Positions 1 to 11,506 of a DNA stretch of 64,000 bases are shown here, piece by piece (the first letter of the stretch is position 1; each line of letters begins with the position of its first letter). Below the pieces are notes generated by a model. The model had not been told where the DNA came from, did not search any database, and saw only the letters and a list, made by a program, of their open reading frames with translations. Position numbers and translations under genes: made by a program. Origin of the DNA: Neovahlkampfia damariscottae (Eukaryota); NCBI GenBank assembly GCA_016618085.1, contig JABLTG010000104.1:1-64000 (forward strand), in the 5' to 3' direction.

Positions 1-466
1 TTTCCAAAGATCTTTGTGAAAATAATGATGAAATTTTGATTTCAAAATTTCCAGTCAAAGGAATGATTAAAAAATGGGAAAGAAAAATTCATAGTACAAC
101 AGTGAGAAAAATGCTTCATTGGTCTCATTTTCAATTTCGTCAAACATTAAAACATCTTGCTCAAAAAGATTCTGTTCAAGTACATGAAGTTTCAGAACAT
201 TATACCAGTTGTACATGTGGATCATGTGGAAAAATAGATTGGAAACTTGGAAAAAAAGATCATTTCAATTGTAAATATTGTAATTTTTCTCTTCCAAGAG
301 ATTATAATGGAGCAAGAAATATATTTCTGATGAATATACAAAATTTTATTGGAAATCCAAAAACTGCCAGTACTGCTGGCGACGGTCCTATCCCGAAAGA
401 AACCTTGATTTTAATGTCTGGTCTGATTAATCAGAATGAACGGAAAAGTCAGTTTTAAGATAGCGG
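1..466 (+). mobile_element. Right portion of IS607-like (Fanzor2) element
   Basis: Fanzor ORF followed by structured tail ending TTAAGATAGCGG, then abrupt return to AT-rich flank. IS607 ends are GG-type without TIR or TSD. Confidence 0.6.
3..458 (+). CDS. Fanzor2/IS607-type TnpB RNA-guided endonuclease, C-terminal part (5' end outside window)
   Basis: Frame open from window start: LCENNDEILISKF...RKMLHWSHFQFRQTL...VSEHYTSCTCGSCG...FNCKYC...RDYNGARNI. This is a RuvC-II region with shifted Glu (E-x-YTS), a CxxC/CxxC zinc ribbon and RuvC-III Asp (RDxNGARNI). Intronless. Confidence 0.9.
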   Translation, partial: SKDLCENNDEILISKFPVKGMIKKWERKIHSTTVRKMLHWSHFQFRQTLKHLAQKDSVQVHEVSEHYTSCTCGSCGKIDWKLGKKDHFNCKYCNFSLPRDYNGARNIFLMNIQNFIGNPKTASTAGDGPIPKETLILMSGLINQNERKSQF

Positions 467-486
467 AATGAATTTCAATTTACTTC
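364..486 (+). ncRNA. Putative omegaRNA (scaffold about 364-466 overlapping the ORF 3' end, guide from about 467)
   Basis: Locally GC-richer. Hairpin GCCAG(366-370)/CTGGC(376-380). Long stem 400-412 / 444-455 capped by palindrome TCTGATTAATCAGA (422-435). CTATC(388-392) complements GATAG(459-463). Position is typical of TnpB/Fanzor guide RNAs; boundaries are uncertain. Confidence 0.6.
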
Positions 487-1139
487 CTAATGTATTAAGT
501 AATTGTTCTGATGTTCACTTTGCATTCCAATAAAATGTACTTCAATAAGAATTCAGATGTTGGTAAAATTGATTTTGGAAATGCTTTTGGTGCCTTTTAA
601 TGGATTTGATTCTTTCATATTTCCTGCTTCAATGACAATCACCAGTAAAATAATATTTTGTTATGCATAACTTGTCTTGTAGTCATTAATACCAAAAAAA
701 TTTTCCCAGCACTTGAAATTCGAGGTGGACTTAAAATCACCATCAAACTTCTGTTTATTTTTAAAAACAAAATGAACCAATAAAATAACTTAATTTTTTC
801 ACAAACAAAAATCTGTTGACTGTTATAAAAATGACAAACACAGATTTAATTAATATATTTTGAGAACATACCAGTGCCAAACCAACTTATCTTGAGGAGA
901 AAAAAATAAAAATAGAAGGAAAAAATATGGTTTGTTTCGGAAACATGCACAAGACCTTTTGTAGCAAAATTAAATGTAAAAGAACTGAAAATCAAATTAT
1001 TGAGCATCAACAAACTCAGTTTGAATGATCCAAATTTGGTCACATAAATTTCCGATTTGGATCGAAATGCCGGAATCAAAAAAAATATAAACAAAATTGG
1101 AGATTTTTGAACTTCAAAATTTATCCGTATTTTTATAAC

Positions 1140-2326
1140 ATGAATACATCAAGCAACAACAGCTTTATCGAAAACCATTCAGAGATAGAAGCAGAAACAC
1201 TAACAGAAATACTGCAACATACAAAGACAAGTGTAGATGGAATATCAGTCTATGAATTCAGTCAAAAACATAAAGTAGTCGGATTTTTCATAAAGTTTGA
1301 ATTTCATTCATTAAATCAATTTTTAGATGGATAGGATGTCCAGTATGCCAAGAAGTTATAGAAAACGTTGGAAGAATGTTTCCAACTTTTATAAAATTAA
1401 ATGCAGTTCCAATAATATTTCATCAAGAAGATCCAAAGACAGTGAAGAAATATTTTGAAAATAACAAGAAAGATATCAATGCGAACTACTTACCTTTTGC
1501 TTATGCATCCAAATCATTGAATGATGTTCTTGGAATTGGATCAGCATCATTAGGATCACATATAGAAGCTATTATGAAAGGAAATATGTTAGGATTAGTA
1601 TTGGGTCCAAAAAAAAGAGTATTTACAATTCCAACAAAAGTTAGAAATCCAATGAGTCAATTTGCTGCTGTTTCTATTGAAAATGGTATTGTGAAGAAGA
1701 AAGTTGTTTATTCAACATTATATAAAAGAGTTGATTTTGGTCTTTTTATGAATGATATTGGATCAACATTGGTTTCAAAAAAAAATGTTCAAAGATTGAT
1801 GAATTTGTTTCCAAACATAGTTGATTCTAAAATTGAAAATCAAACAAACACTGTCGATAGAAAATCGACTAATATTGATAATAATGAAGGAGAAATTGAA
1901 AAAACTCTATCTGATGAAATTGGTAGATTTTATCTCAAAGCTTTTGCTTCAAATGAATACTCGGTTGAAAATATTTTGATTTATGAAGAAATTTCATTTT
2001 TCAAAGGAATGCCATTACAAAAGAATTTTACAATTGAAAGTCAAATAGAAAAAGCAAAAGAGATCTATAAGAATTTCATTGTTGAAGGTTCAATGATGGA
2101 ATTGAATATAACTAGAAATTTAGCGAAAGATTATGAGAATAGGATTGAACAATTTGAAAGTCATCATGAAAAAAATGAAGATTTATCCAAATTTTTTGAT
2201 GACTTGATGAAAGAAGTTAGAATGGAAATTCTTGGCGATACTTTTGGAAGATTCAAAAAATCAAGATATTATGATGAATATCTGGATGGAAAACATGGTG
2301 AAAAAACAATCACATATTTAGTTTGA
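1140..2326 (+). CDS. Peroxiredoxin-like (AhpC/TSA_2, PRXL2-like) domain fused to C-terminal RGS domain
   Basis: One 32-nt intron (1295-1326) joins VVGFFIK to WIGCPVCQE (CxxC). C-terminal RGS motifs FASNEYSVENI, IYKNFI..GSMMELNI, DTFGRF. Confidence 0.75.
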
Positions 2327-2364
2327 AATAAATTTTATTTTTTGACTCTGGAGTTAATGATGCA

Positions 2365-3405
2365 TCATAAGAAAGAATTAACCTCTTGAATGATTGATTT
2401 CTTCTCTTCATTAGTCATAAAAGAAACTTCAATTGAATTTATCACTACATTTAAAATATCTCTTTTCTTCCAATTGAATACACTAACAACTGATTCAAAA
2501 TTCTCACAAATATCTGATAATAAATAAGCAGGATCATCAGAATTAATTGTAACTTTGGCACCAGCCTTATACAAAATGTTGATTGGATGATGTTTCATAT
2601 CATCAAAAGGTCCTATTTTGACATTTGAAATTGGACAAACTGTTAAAGGTATTTTCCTGTCAACGATTTCTTTCAACACATTTGAGTCAAACACAGAAGT
2701 TACTCCATGATCAATTCTATCCAAATTCAAATCCAATAATTCAGATACATATGGAACTGGATCACCATCATGACCGCCATGTGCGAATATTTTAAACCCT
2801 TCTTTCTTGGCTTCATTGAATAATTTTTTAAATTTTGAAGGAGGATGATTGATTTCATCTGAATCAAGTCCAATTCCAAAAATTTTATCTTTATGTTTTA
2901 TTGATTCATTTAATGTCAATAATCCCTCTTCTAATGATTTATCTCTTAATATGCACATGATTAAACGAAAAGTTATTTTGAATTGTTTTTCACCATCAAT
3001 TAGAGCATCATAAATTCCATTTACAACATATTCAAATTTGATACCTCTTGAAGTATGTGATTGAGCATCAAAAAATGGCTCAATATGTCTGACATTGTTT
3101 TTATGGCATTTTTTTAAGTATTCAAAAGTTAAATCATAAAAATCTTGTTTTGTGCATAATACTTTGGTTCCTTGGTAATACAAATCCAAAAAATCATTTA
3201 GGTTTTTTAATTTTTCAAATTCTTTTTGAATTTCTTTTTCATTTTTAAAAGGTATTTCTGTGTCATTTTTTTTTGAAAATTTCATCATCAAATTAGGTTC
3301 CAAAGTACCTTCTAAATGAACATGTAACAATACTACAACATCATTAATTCAAATAAATTAACCTTTTGGAATTTGATGTATGAGCAATGATAAATCTTTT
3401 GACAT
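2365..3405 (-). CDS. Adenine/adenosine deaminase family protein
   Basis: 30-nt intron 3333-3362. Motifs PKVLLHVHLEGTLEP, FLDLYYQG, RIDHG, TVCPISN, NSDDPAY. The HAGE motif reads HGGH. Confidence 0.9.
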
Positions 3406-3611
3406 AAAATCGAATTGATTGGATAAAAATATTGTCCAATCTTATGACAAATTTAATCATTGGAAAGGTGCCAACGTAAGGTAAAATTCCTCAGAGGAAT
3501 ATTGCAGTTCCTTCATTTTTATGAATATAACAAGCAAAAAAAAGACGAGAAATTTGGAAACTTAAATGTTCAGGTGAAAATTTAATACATTTCGAATTTT
3601 CGAAACTTAAT

Positions 3612-4563
3612 CTAATCATACATTGAACTTTGAATCTTGAGAATCAAGAATAAAAAACATACTAACATTCCAAAAGTGACAGCAACATATGTGATAGCAG
3701 TCAAAAAAAAATCAACAATTGTTGCACCAGCAAAGAAAAGTCCTAACAATAATGTCAACGAATGATTTGTGAATATTCTCAACGGAATTTCTTTGAAAAA
3801 AGGATCTCTTGAATCTCTTAACACCAAATCAATTTTTGGTGATTGTATTGAATCTTTTGGGACACTGGAATACGTCACTTCTTGGAGACCCCCGCCATTA
3901 AAAATACATCCACTTATAATCTTTTTCCTTTGTAAATCAAATACCAGACACATTTTATTTGGAGCACCATAATAGGTAAAGCTATTTCTTCTATTGATAA
4001 TTGTAAATCTGTTGAATAATTGAATTGTGATTGAATCTTGTCCTACTTTTGTTCCATTTTGAAAAAATTCAAGTTGTATCATCACATTTTTGGAGGTTTT
4101 CACTTTTTCGTCTTTTGCCAAATAAAAACTTTTTTTTTCAAATTTTAATTGGTTGTAGTTGAGTTTTGGAGAAAATTTCAAACTATCCGTCTAAATGGTA
4201 AAAAAAAATAAAATTGAACATTGTTTTGTGATGTGATTGTTTTTTCTGCTGTTGTATTCATATAACTTGATTTAACAGTAATGTTTGTGTTTTGGAGTGT
4301 TGAAATGACATTGTTGAATGTATTAACATTTTCTGTATTAAAATTATTTTTGTCTGTGAACATGTGGATGAAAGATTCTTTTCCTATTGGTGTTGAAGTG
4401 AACATGAGATAAAGCTTTAAAAAAAGTTTGAATAAATTTGTCTTACTGTTGTTCCAACAAAACCCATGAAAGGAAGAAGTATCAAAGCAAGAATTGTAAA
4501 GAAGCCCAAAATAAAGAATAATATAACTGTTCTTGCAAAGGTACTTGGAGGCTTTGGATGCAT
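3612..4563 (-). CDS. Hypothetical membrane protein (N- and C-terminal hydrophobic helices)
   Basis: Two GT-AG introns join the ORF pieces. ATG at 4563 has a CCAAT box about 21 nt away. TM segments VILFFILGFFTILALILL and LLLGLFFAG. Confidence 0.6.
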
Positions 4564-5004
4564 TGGTGTGAAGAAAGTTTGTAACCAATGATTTTCCAGC
4601 AAACTTTTGCGTTTCTCTTGTTAAACCTTAATAGAAAAAATACTTTGTTTTATCCTTAAGTTTGTCAAAAAATATTTCTTACATCACCAACATTTTACTA
4701 TTTTCTTTTGAATTCTTTCGGCTATGACTTTTTTCAGCGACTAAATTTTGGAACCGAGACCACATAAAAATTCCAGCTGTAGGTTCATCCGGCACTAACA
4801 AAATTATAAAACTAACCTTTTGTTCTGGATCAATTGAACGGTTCAGGAAATCAAGAAATAATAACAACCAACGACTATAGATTAAACTTTCAAAAATTTG
4901 GAAATCAAACACGTTCTCAAGATTTTAGATATTACAAATAACAGTTGGTTAATAACAATAACAGATGGTTTTTTTTTGTCCAATCAGGAATCACTTCTTC
5001 TTAC

Positions 5005-7434
5005 ATGAGCAAACAACCAACAATTGACCAAAAAAAATTGAAAGAGTGCATAAAATATTTGAACTCAAAGAAAAATTCTCGTATCGATATTCCAGATATT
5101 TATTTGATGGAACTTATGTTTCTTGAGGATTATAAATCTATTGCAGTTGAAGTGATGGAAAAAAAAATGAGTTTGAAAATATTCAATTTAGAAGGTTTTG
5201 ATGATTATTATATCGAAAAGTTGATTGATCATATATTATCAGAAACAAAAATTCAAGGTGAAATGACTCATTTATTCACTGATTACTTATTGCTAACTCA
5301 AAAAATGGAATATTTGAATTTGATTGAACAAAAATTGACACTTGATAATCCTACAAATTGTTCATTCATGGTAGTTGAATTATTCAGATTTTTGTCAGCT
5401 TTACAAGAAAATGAAAAGAAATTTTTTCATTTCTTGGTTGAATTGGTTTTACCTAATATTTATGAATTTGTTGAAAACTATCATTTAGAGAGTAGAATAT
5501 ATGAATCATTACAAATTTTATTCGACCAATTTCCTAATTTAGAAGAGAAAAAGTCTTTCTATAATGAATATATGAGGAAAACAATGAAACGAGTTCCATT
5601 AGGAGAAGCTAGTATGAATTTTATCGTGACTATTTATGAAGTGATACCAAAGGAAGATATTCCTAAATTTCTTGAAAATGTTAAAAAAGAGATAAAGGAA
5701 GATAATATAACTGGTTCTTTCTTAGAATTTATCACAATTGTATTTGAAGGTGATAAAAATAATAGACAAATTATATTTGAAATGGTACAATATTTGGTAC
5801 AATTATACTTTGATTTTGAAGCAAGATCAGAAAATTGTGATGAATTTGAATATGAAGAATTATTAGTGTTAATTCAAGATTTTGAATCATTTTTTCAAAT
5901 CATTTTTGAGAAAGAAACTGAAATAGCAGAACAGATAGTTGGTCCAACTTTGATGAGAAATTTAAATTCTGATGATGAAACTGTTGTAGTTTTTACTTTA
6001 AAATTGATCACTGAATTTTCATCAAAAACAAAAAATATTGATTTATTGAATAAGTTATTGGAATTATTCAAATCAAAAGTAAATTTCATCAATTGTTGTT
6101 TAAATATTTTTAATAGAAGTATGAAAATTATTTTGTTATTTTGGCACTTAATTCATTTTTTAATTTAATGATGAAAAATAACATGTATGATGATTTACAA
6201 TTACTTTTTAAAGATGTTTTTCAATTACTTTCTGATGATGATGGTCAAAAGGTCAATCTTGCTATTGCCACTTTAAGAAATATTTTCAACGTATCAGATG
6301 AAATGAAATACAAAATCAATATTGACTTGAACTTTTTATGCAAAAAAATTTATTTAGATTCAATCAATCAAAGTGATAATTATCTTTCATATATGGAACT
6401 TTTAGGTGAAATTAATCATGAATACAGCATCATTGATTATGAAAATGAATATGTCAAAAAATTATTTGAAGTTGTATTAAAAGGTGCAGAAACAGGTGAT
6501 GAATCAGTGAAATATATTCATATGAATGCTCTTCAATTCTTTGTTTATGCAATGAAGTATTCTACAAGGAAATATCTTTCTAGAATGATGAAGATGTGTG
6601 TTTCAACTTTGAGAAATTCATTTACTGTTGGAATTAATAGTTTTCATTTGAGGACTGTGTTATTATTGATTGTAATAATCATTCAAGCATTTGAAGATGA
6701 AATTGAACATTTCATTGCGGGTACAAATTTTTTTGAAATGATTTATCACTTTACAAATGATGTAAGATTCTTAAGTTGACTGAATTTTTAGGAAAATGAT
6801 TTTGTTAGAATTGAAGCATGTTCAATTTTAATGGAATTATGTTATTATAAATCAAAAACAATGGAACTTTCATTGTCTAAAATATATGGTCATCAAACAA
6901 AATATGATCCAAAATATCATGAAAAAATGTAAGATTTGTTATTATATTTTGATTCAATAAAGTGCTCTTGATGCTACAATTCAGTACTATTACAATTATA
7001 AACCAATAGCAAAATATGCAAAAATTAATATTGATAAAGTAGTTGAACAAATTCTTTCAGATGAATTTCGAAAGGAATTAAATGATGATAAATTTGAAAC
7101 TTTTTCATTTCCTTTGATGTCCATTGGTTGTTTTACAAAAACTAATTTCAAATTAGTTGATTCAAAATTTGAAGAATTTGGTAAAATTTTTAAAGAAGCA
7201 ATGATGAATTATAGAGATAGTGCAACTGGAATTGAGATGGATATCCTTTATGATGCATTTTCTGATTTAGTTTTGAATAATTTTACATATTCAAAAACTG
7301 AATTATTTCCTTTGATTGATATTTCAAATATCAAACAAAAACTACAAGTATATTTACTATTGAATAATAGATATTTCAATTTACTTCCAAGAGTATTGTA
7401 TAAGTGCGGAGATATTGAATTCAAATTTAAATAA
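5005..7434 (+). CDS. Alpha-solenoid (HEAT/ARM, importin-beta-like) protein
   Basis: Four exons joined by three GT-AG introns. Helical Leu/Ile/Glu-rich repeats such as LLSDDDGQKVNLAIATL and DENDFVRIEACSIL. Confidence 0.5.
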
Positions 7435-7452
7435 AGAATTCACAAAAATTTA

Positions 7453-9397
7453 TTATTGAATATTTTTTAAATTATGAAAAGATGGAATATCATCAATTGA
7501 AATCCCTAAATTATTAATTTGATTTTCATATTCAATAGAATCTATTTGCATTTGTAAAATTATAATTTGAGTTTCTGATTGACTTGATGTTGTTTTTCTC
7601 AATCTTTGAAGTGATTGGCCTGTTTTTACAGCATTTTGCAATACTTCTTTTACCATTTCAATGTATTGTCTTGTTACATTCTCAACTATTTCAATTTTCC
7701 AATCATCAATGTTTTTCACATTTCCCAAATGTTTTGATATTGGTTCTAAAATTAAAGGAATCAAAACTAAATATTTTGATGGAATTTCAATTGTTTTCAT
7801 TAATGTTAATTGAATTAATTTTCCTCTTAATCCTTTCAAAACTTGTGAACATTCCAATGTAATTTTATCAATTATTTTTTTTTTGATTTCATTTGTTGAA
7901 TTTGAAAAATTCTTTTCAATTGATGATTCAATAATTTTATTTTCTTGTTTTATTTTTTCATATATGTTTGGAAGTATTTCAATTTTTAGTTTGTTTTCAA
8001 TATTTTTGATCTTCAAATACAAATCTAACAAATTTTCATCTTCGATTTTTTTCAAGAAAAAATTCAATTTTTGAAGTAATGAAAAAAATAATTGAAGAAA
8101 TAAATGAGATATTTCAAAGATGAATGTATGTTCTTCAAAACATAATTTCATCATTTCAAAGTATTTCTCAATCAAATTTTGAACATTTTCTTTTTCAATT
8201 TCTCTAATGATGTTTTGTTTAACTAACGTGAAATAAATTTTCAATTGCCATTTTTTTAAGAATGGAATGAATAAATTATCACATTTATCTTCATTATTAC
8301 CAAATTCTTTTTTAAATATTTTCAAATATTTCATTGATTCAATATAATTCTATGATTGAATTTTAACTATTTTTGTTGTTTACTTTTTGAAAAATAGATG
8401 GAACTCTGTATTCATACAGATACTTCATTTTCGTTGAGAATAAATAATTTTCAAAAGAATTCCAAAAAGAATCTTCAAATAAATCAAAATAATCATTTTT
8501 CAAAAAACTAATAGATAAGAAGATAACAATTTGATTTTTACGGTAAATCTGATTTGATCTTTGAGTAAATGTTATTCCAATGTAATTCATTAAAATTTTT
8601 AAAGAAATTATCAATATAATTTAACTTGTACCTATTCATTTTTTTGTGTCAAATTTTTGTTTTTCAGTACCATTCTTCAAAGTTAAAATTCAAAATAGAA
8701 AAACATTCCAAATTCTCAAATGGGTCTTTAATACTGATAAAAATAATCAAAATTATCATATTTTTACCATTCTTTTATGATTTCTTCATATATTTCTTTT
8801 TGAATTCCCTTACATAAAGTTATCCATTTTTTTAACATTGGTTCTTCTGTTTCAAATTCCAAATGAATTGTATTATATTCTTCACATATTCTTTTTATAT
8901 TTCCTTGACCAACCTCTTTTTTCAAATTATTCAAAGTCATATAAATTTTAATAAGTTGTTTTGAAATTTGTTGATTTCTTTGACTTTCTTGTTTCTTTTC
9001 CATTTGTTTTTTAAATTCAATCAAAAGATTATTTATGTAACCATCTATTTCATCGACTATAAAAAGTTAAGTTAACATTTTTTTTAATTGTAAAAAAACT
9101 GTCTGAATAAATTTTTGGATGTTCTCTTTGTATCTTGGAAAGGATTGTTTGAATTCCATTTAAACTACTTGAAAAGGTTATAAAATCATTATAATCATCA
9201 TGTATTATTGTTTTTATTTCTTCTTTAATTGACAAGATGAACTCATTCAGTTCAGTTTTTAAAATTTTCAAATTTTCAACTTTTGGAAGATGTTTTACTA
9301 CAAAATCAGATGGATCAAATTCGTCATTCAAGAATTCATCAATTGAAAAACAAAAAATTTCATCTTCATCTTCATGATGATCACTGTTTAAAAACAT
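7453..9397 (-). CDS. COG2: Conserved oligomeric Golgi complex subunit 2
   Basis: N-terminus FCFSIDEFLNDEFDPSDFV...IIHDDYNDFITFSSSLNG. C-terminus KKWQLKIYF, SLQRL, IILQMQID. Five small introns. Confidence 0.8.
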
Positions 9398-9464
9398 CAA
9401 CCCGAGGTTAAAAGAAAAAAAACACCAATCAAAAAGAACCAAAGTTTTTTATAATTTAATTTTA

Positions 9465-10032
9465 CTAAATTCGATAATTTGACAGTGTTGGTTTTTGAAT
9501 TTTTCTTCTTTTCCACATGAATATTGTAAATAATAATTGAACAAATGGCCAAATGAAAAATAGAATACCAGTAGCAGCAAGTGCAATAGCAATACCAACA
9601 GTTACCCAATTAAATGGAGTATAAACACCAAAAACAACAGAATCTGGATTTGTTTTAAGATAAGAACCTTTAAAAATGAATTAAAAAAATGAAATTGTTT
9701 ACAAGCAATTGAACCACCAACACTGTGATAATTTGAAGTTGATAAAGTACCGTTACGAAGAATGTTATCAGAATCATAATATGAGAAAGTGTATGTATAT
9801 TCAGAACTACTACTACCTGTTCTAGTTTTTATGTTACATTTGGTAGTTGAGTAAAGAGCAGCATTTGTTCCACTACTGACTGTTGAATAAATCAAAAAAA
9901 TTGAAACACCACACATTCCAAGAAAGAAAACACATGAAACCTATTTTATTTTTTTTAATAATATTAATTCTTTACTAATGTAGTTACAACGGTGGTAGCT
10001 GTTAAATTTGTAACTGCTGCTTGGTTAGCCAT
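9465..10032 (-). CDS. Two-TM membrane protein with beta-rich extracellular loop (DUF3592-like)
   Basis: Two introns give MANQAAV...TM...YTYTFSYYD...SVGGSIACSYLKTNPDSV...TM...KRRKI. Confidence 0.6.
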
Positions 10033-10181
10033 TTTGTTCAAGGTTAAAAAATTGACGAATGAAACGGGACTTCCGTTTTTGGTTGGTTAATAAAATTAAC
10101 GGACACTTGAAGAATAAGTTTTTTAAATCATCTTTAATTGATATCTTTATTCACATTTTTTGTATTTTCTTCAAAATTGAT

Positions 10182-11176
10182 TTAGAAATTTAAAATATTT
10201 GATATTTTCATTTTTTCTGTATTTTCCTCTTCATCACAAAGTAAATTTGATAAACAGAATGGATGAAATTCTTTCTTTTTTTTTTCAGTTTCTTGTTTTG
10301 TTTGAGTAATAACTCTCTCGATTATTTTATCTAATTTTTCATTTTTTTCTTTATCCACATTTTTGATTTCTTGAATTTTTTCTTCAATTTCTTCACTTTC
10401 TGCCCCATCTCCTTCTTCTAATTTGATTTCCATTTCATCTTTTGATTCAATTTTTGAATCATCCAATTCTTCTTCTTGATCAGATGTTTCAATTTCATCA
10501 AATCTCTTTCTTCTAATGAATCTCTCGTTCTTTTTTTTTCTTGAGTTAACATTATCAAAGGACTGCAAAAAATTAAAAAAAAAGAAATTATTACTTTTAA
10601 TGGTTTTACTCCTCCATTATGAATAACAACACGTTTTGATTTTGATTTCGTTCCAGAACGTGTTAACCTTTTTTCATTTTTTTCAACTCTACTTTTTCTA
10701 GTTTTCACAAGTGTCCTTGATTTTTCAGGTGTATTGGTTTCTGATTGATTTGGATCATTTCCATAAAACTATTTTTCATTAAAAAAAAAGTCTTTTTTTG
10801 TTACTGTGACTTTCGACGAGAAATTGAACCAACAATCATTACAAATATCTTCACCTGATTTTAAATCATAATCATTATAAAATTTTTGAATTGCTTTCAC
10901 TGCTTGAATGTATACTTTGAATCTTCTTCGAAAATTTCCTTCTGGATAATGTACGTGGCAAATACAACACTCTAAATCCTTCAAAGCACAACTACGTTTC
11001 GAGTTATATCTAAATTTTGCATGACAACGTTTGCAAAGTCTTCCATTTTGTATGTCAGGAAAGAAACTGGAATATTCTGATGAGTTACCGGAGTTTATCT
11101 GTAGAACAAATGGATTCTTTTCCGAAGGTTCCAGTGAACAGATTGTGCATATTTCGGTCTCTGTTTTGGATGCCAT
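10182..11176 (-). CDS. Hypothetical nuclear protein with two Cys4-type zinc-binding modules and basic/acidic tail
   Basis: CTIC...LCKRC and CCIC...ICNDC, then NLS-like basic runs. Two introns. Confidence 0.6.
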
Positions 11177-11506
11177 TGGTTTTTATCAATTTCTTGAATG
11201 TGCTTTGGAAAAGGTCAACAACAATTTAGAATATTTCCTATTGGCTAATAATGGAAGATATTTATTCCGGTTCGAAAATTTTAATTTTATTTTGTTCTCT
11301 GTAAAATCCTTAGAAAAAGTCTGATTTTAGACTGAAAGTTGAAGATCTCAGTGTGTGAATGCAAAAAGTGACAATTTCCATAGAATTTCTGAAATACTCT
11401 TTAAAAACAATAGAAGAATATGTCACCATCATCTACATGAATGAATTGATAATTTCAATAATCATTTTTTTCAAAAAGTTCTGATTGGACGAGTTTCAAG
11501 TACAAA

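Noticed and set aside
3430..3600. Possible purine riboswitch or snRNA upstream of the deaminase
   Set aside because: No purine-riboswitch or U1/U2/U4/U5/U6 consensus motifs found.
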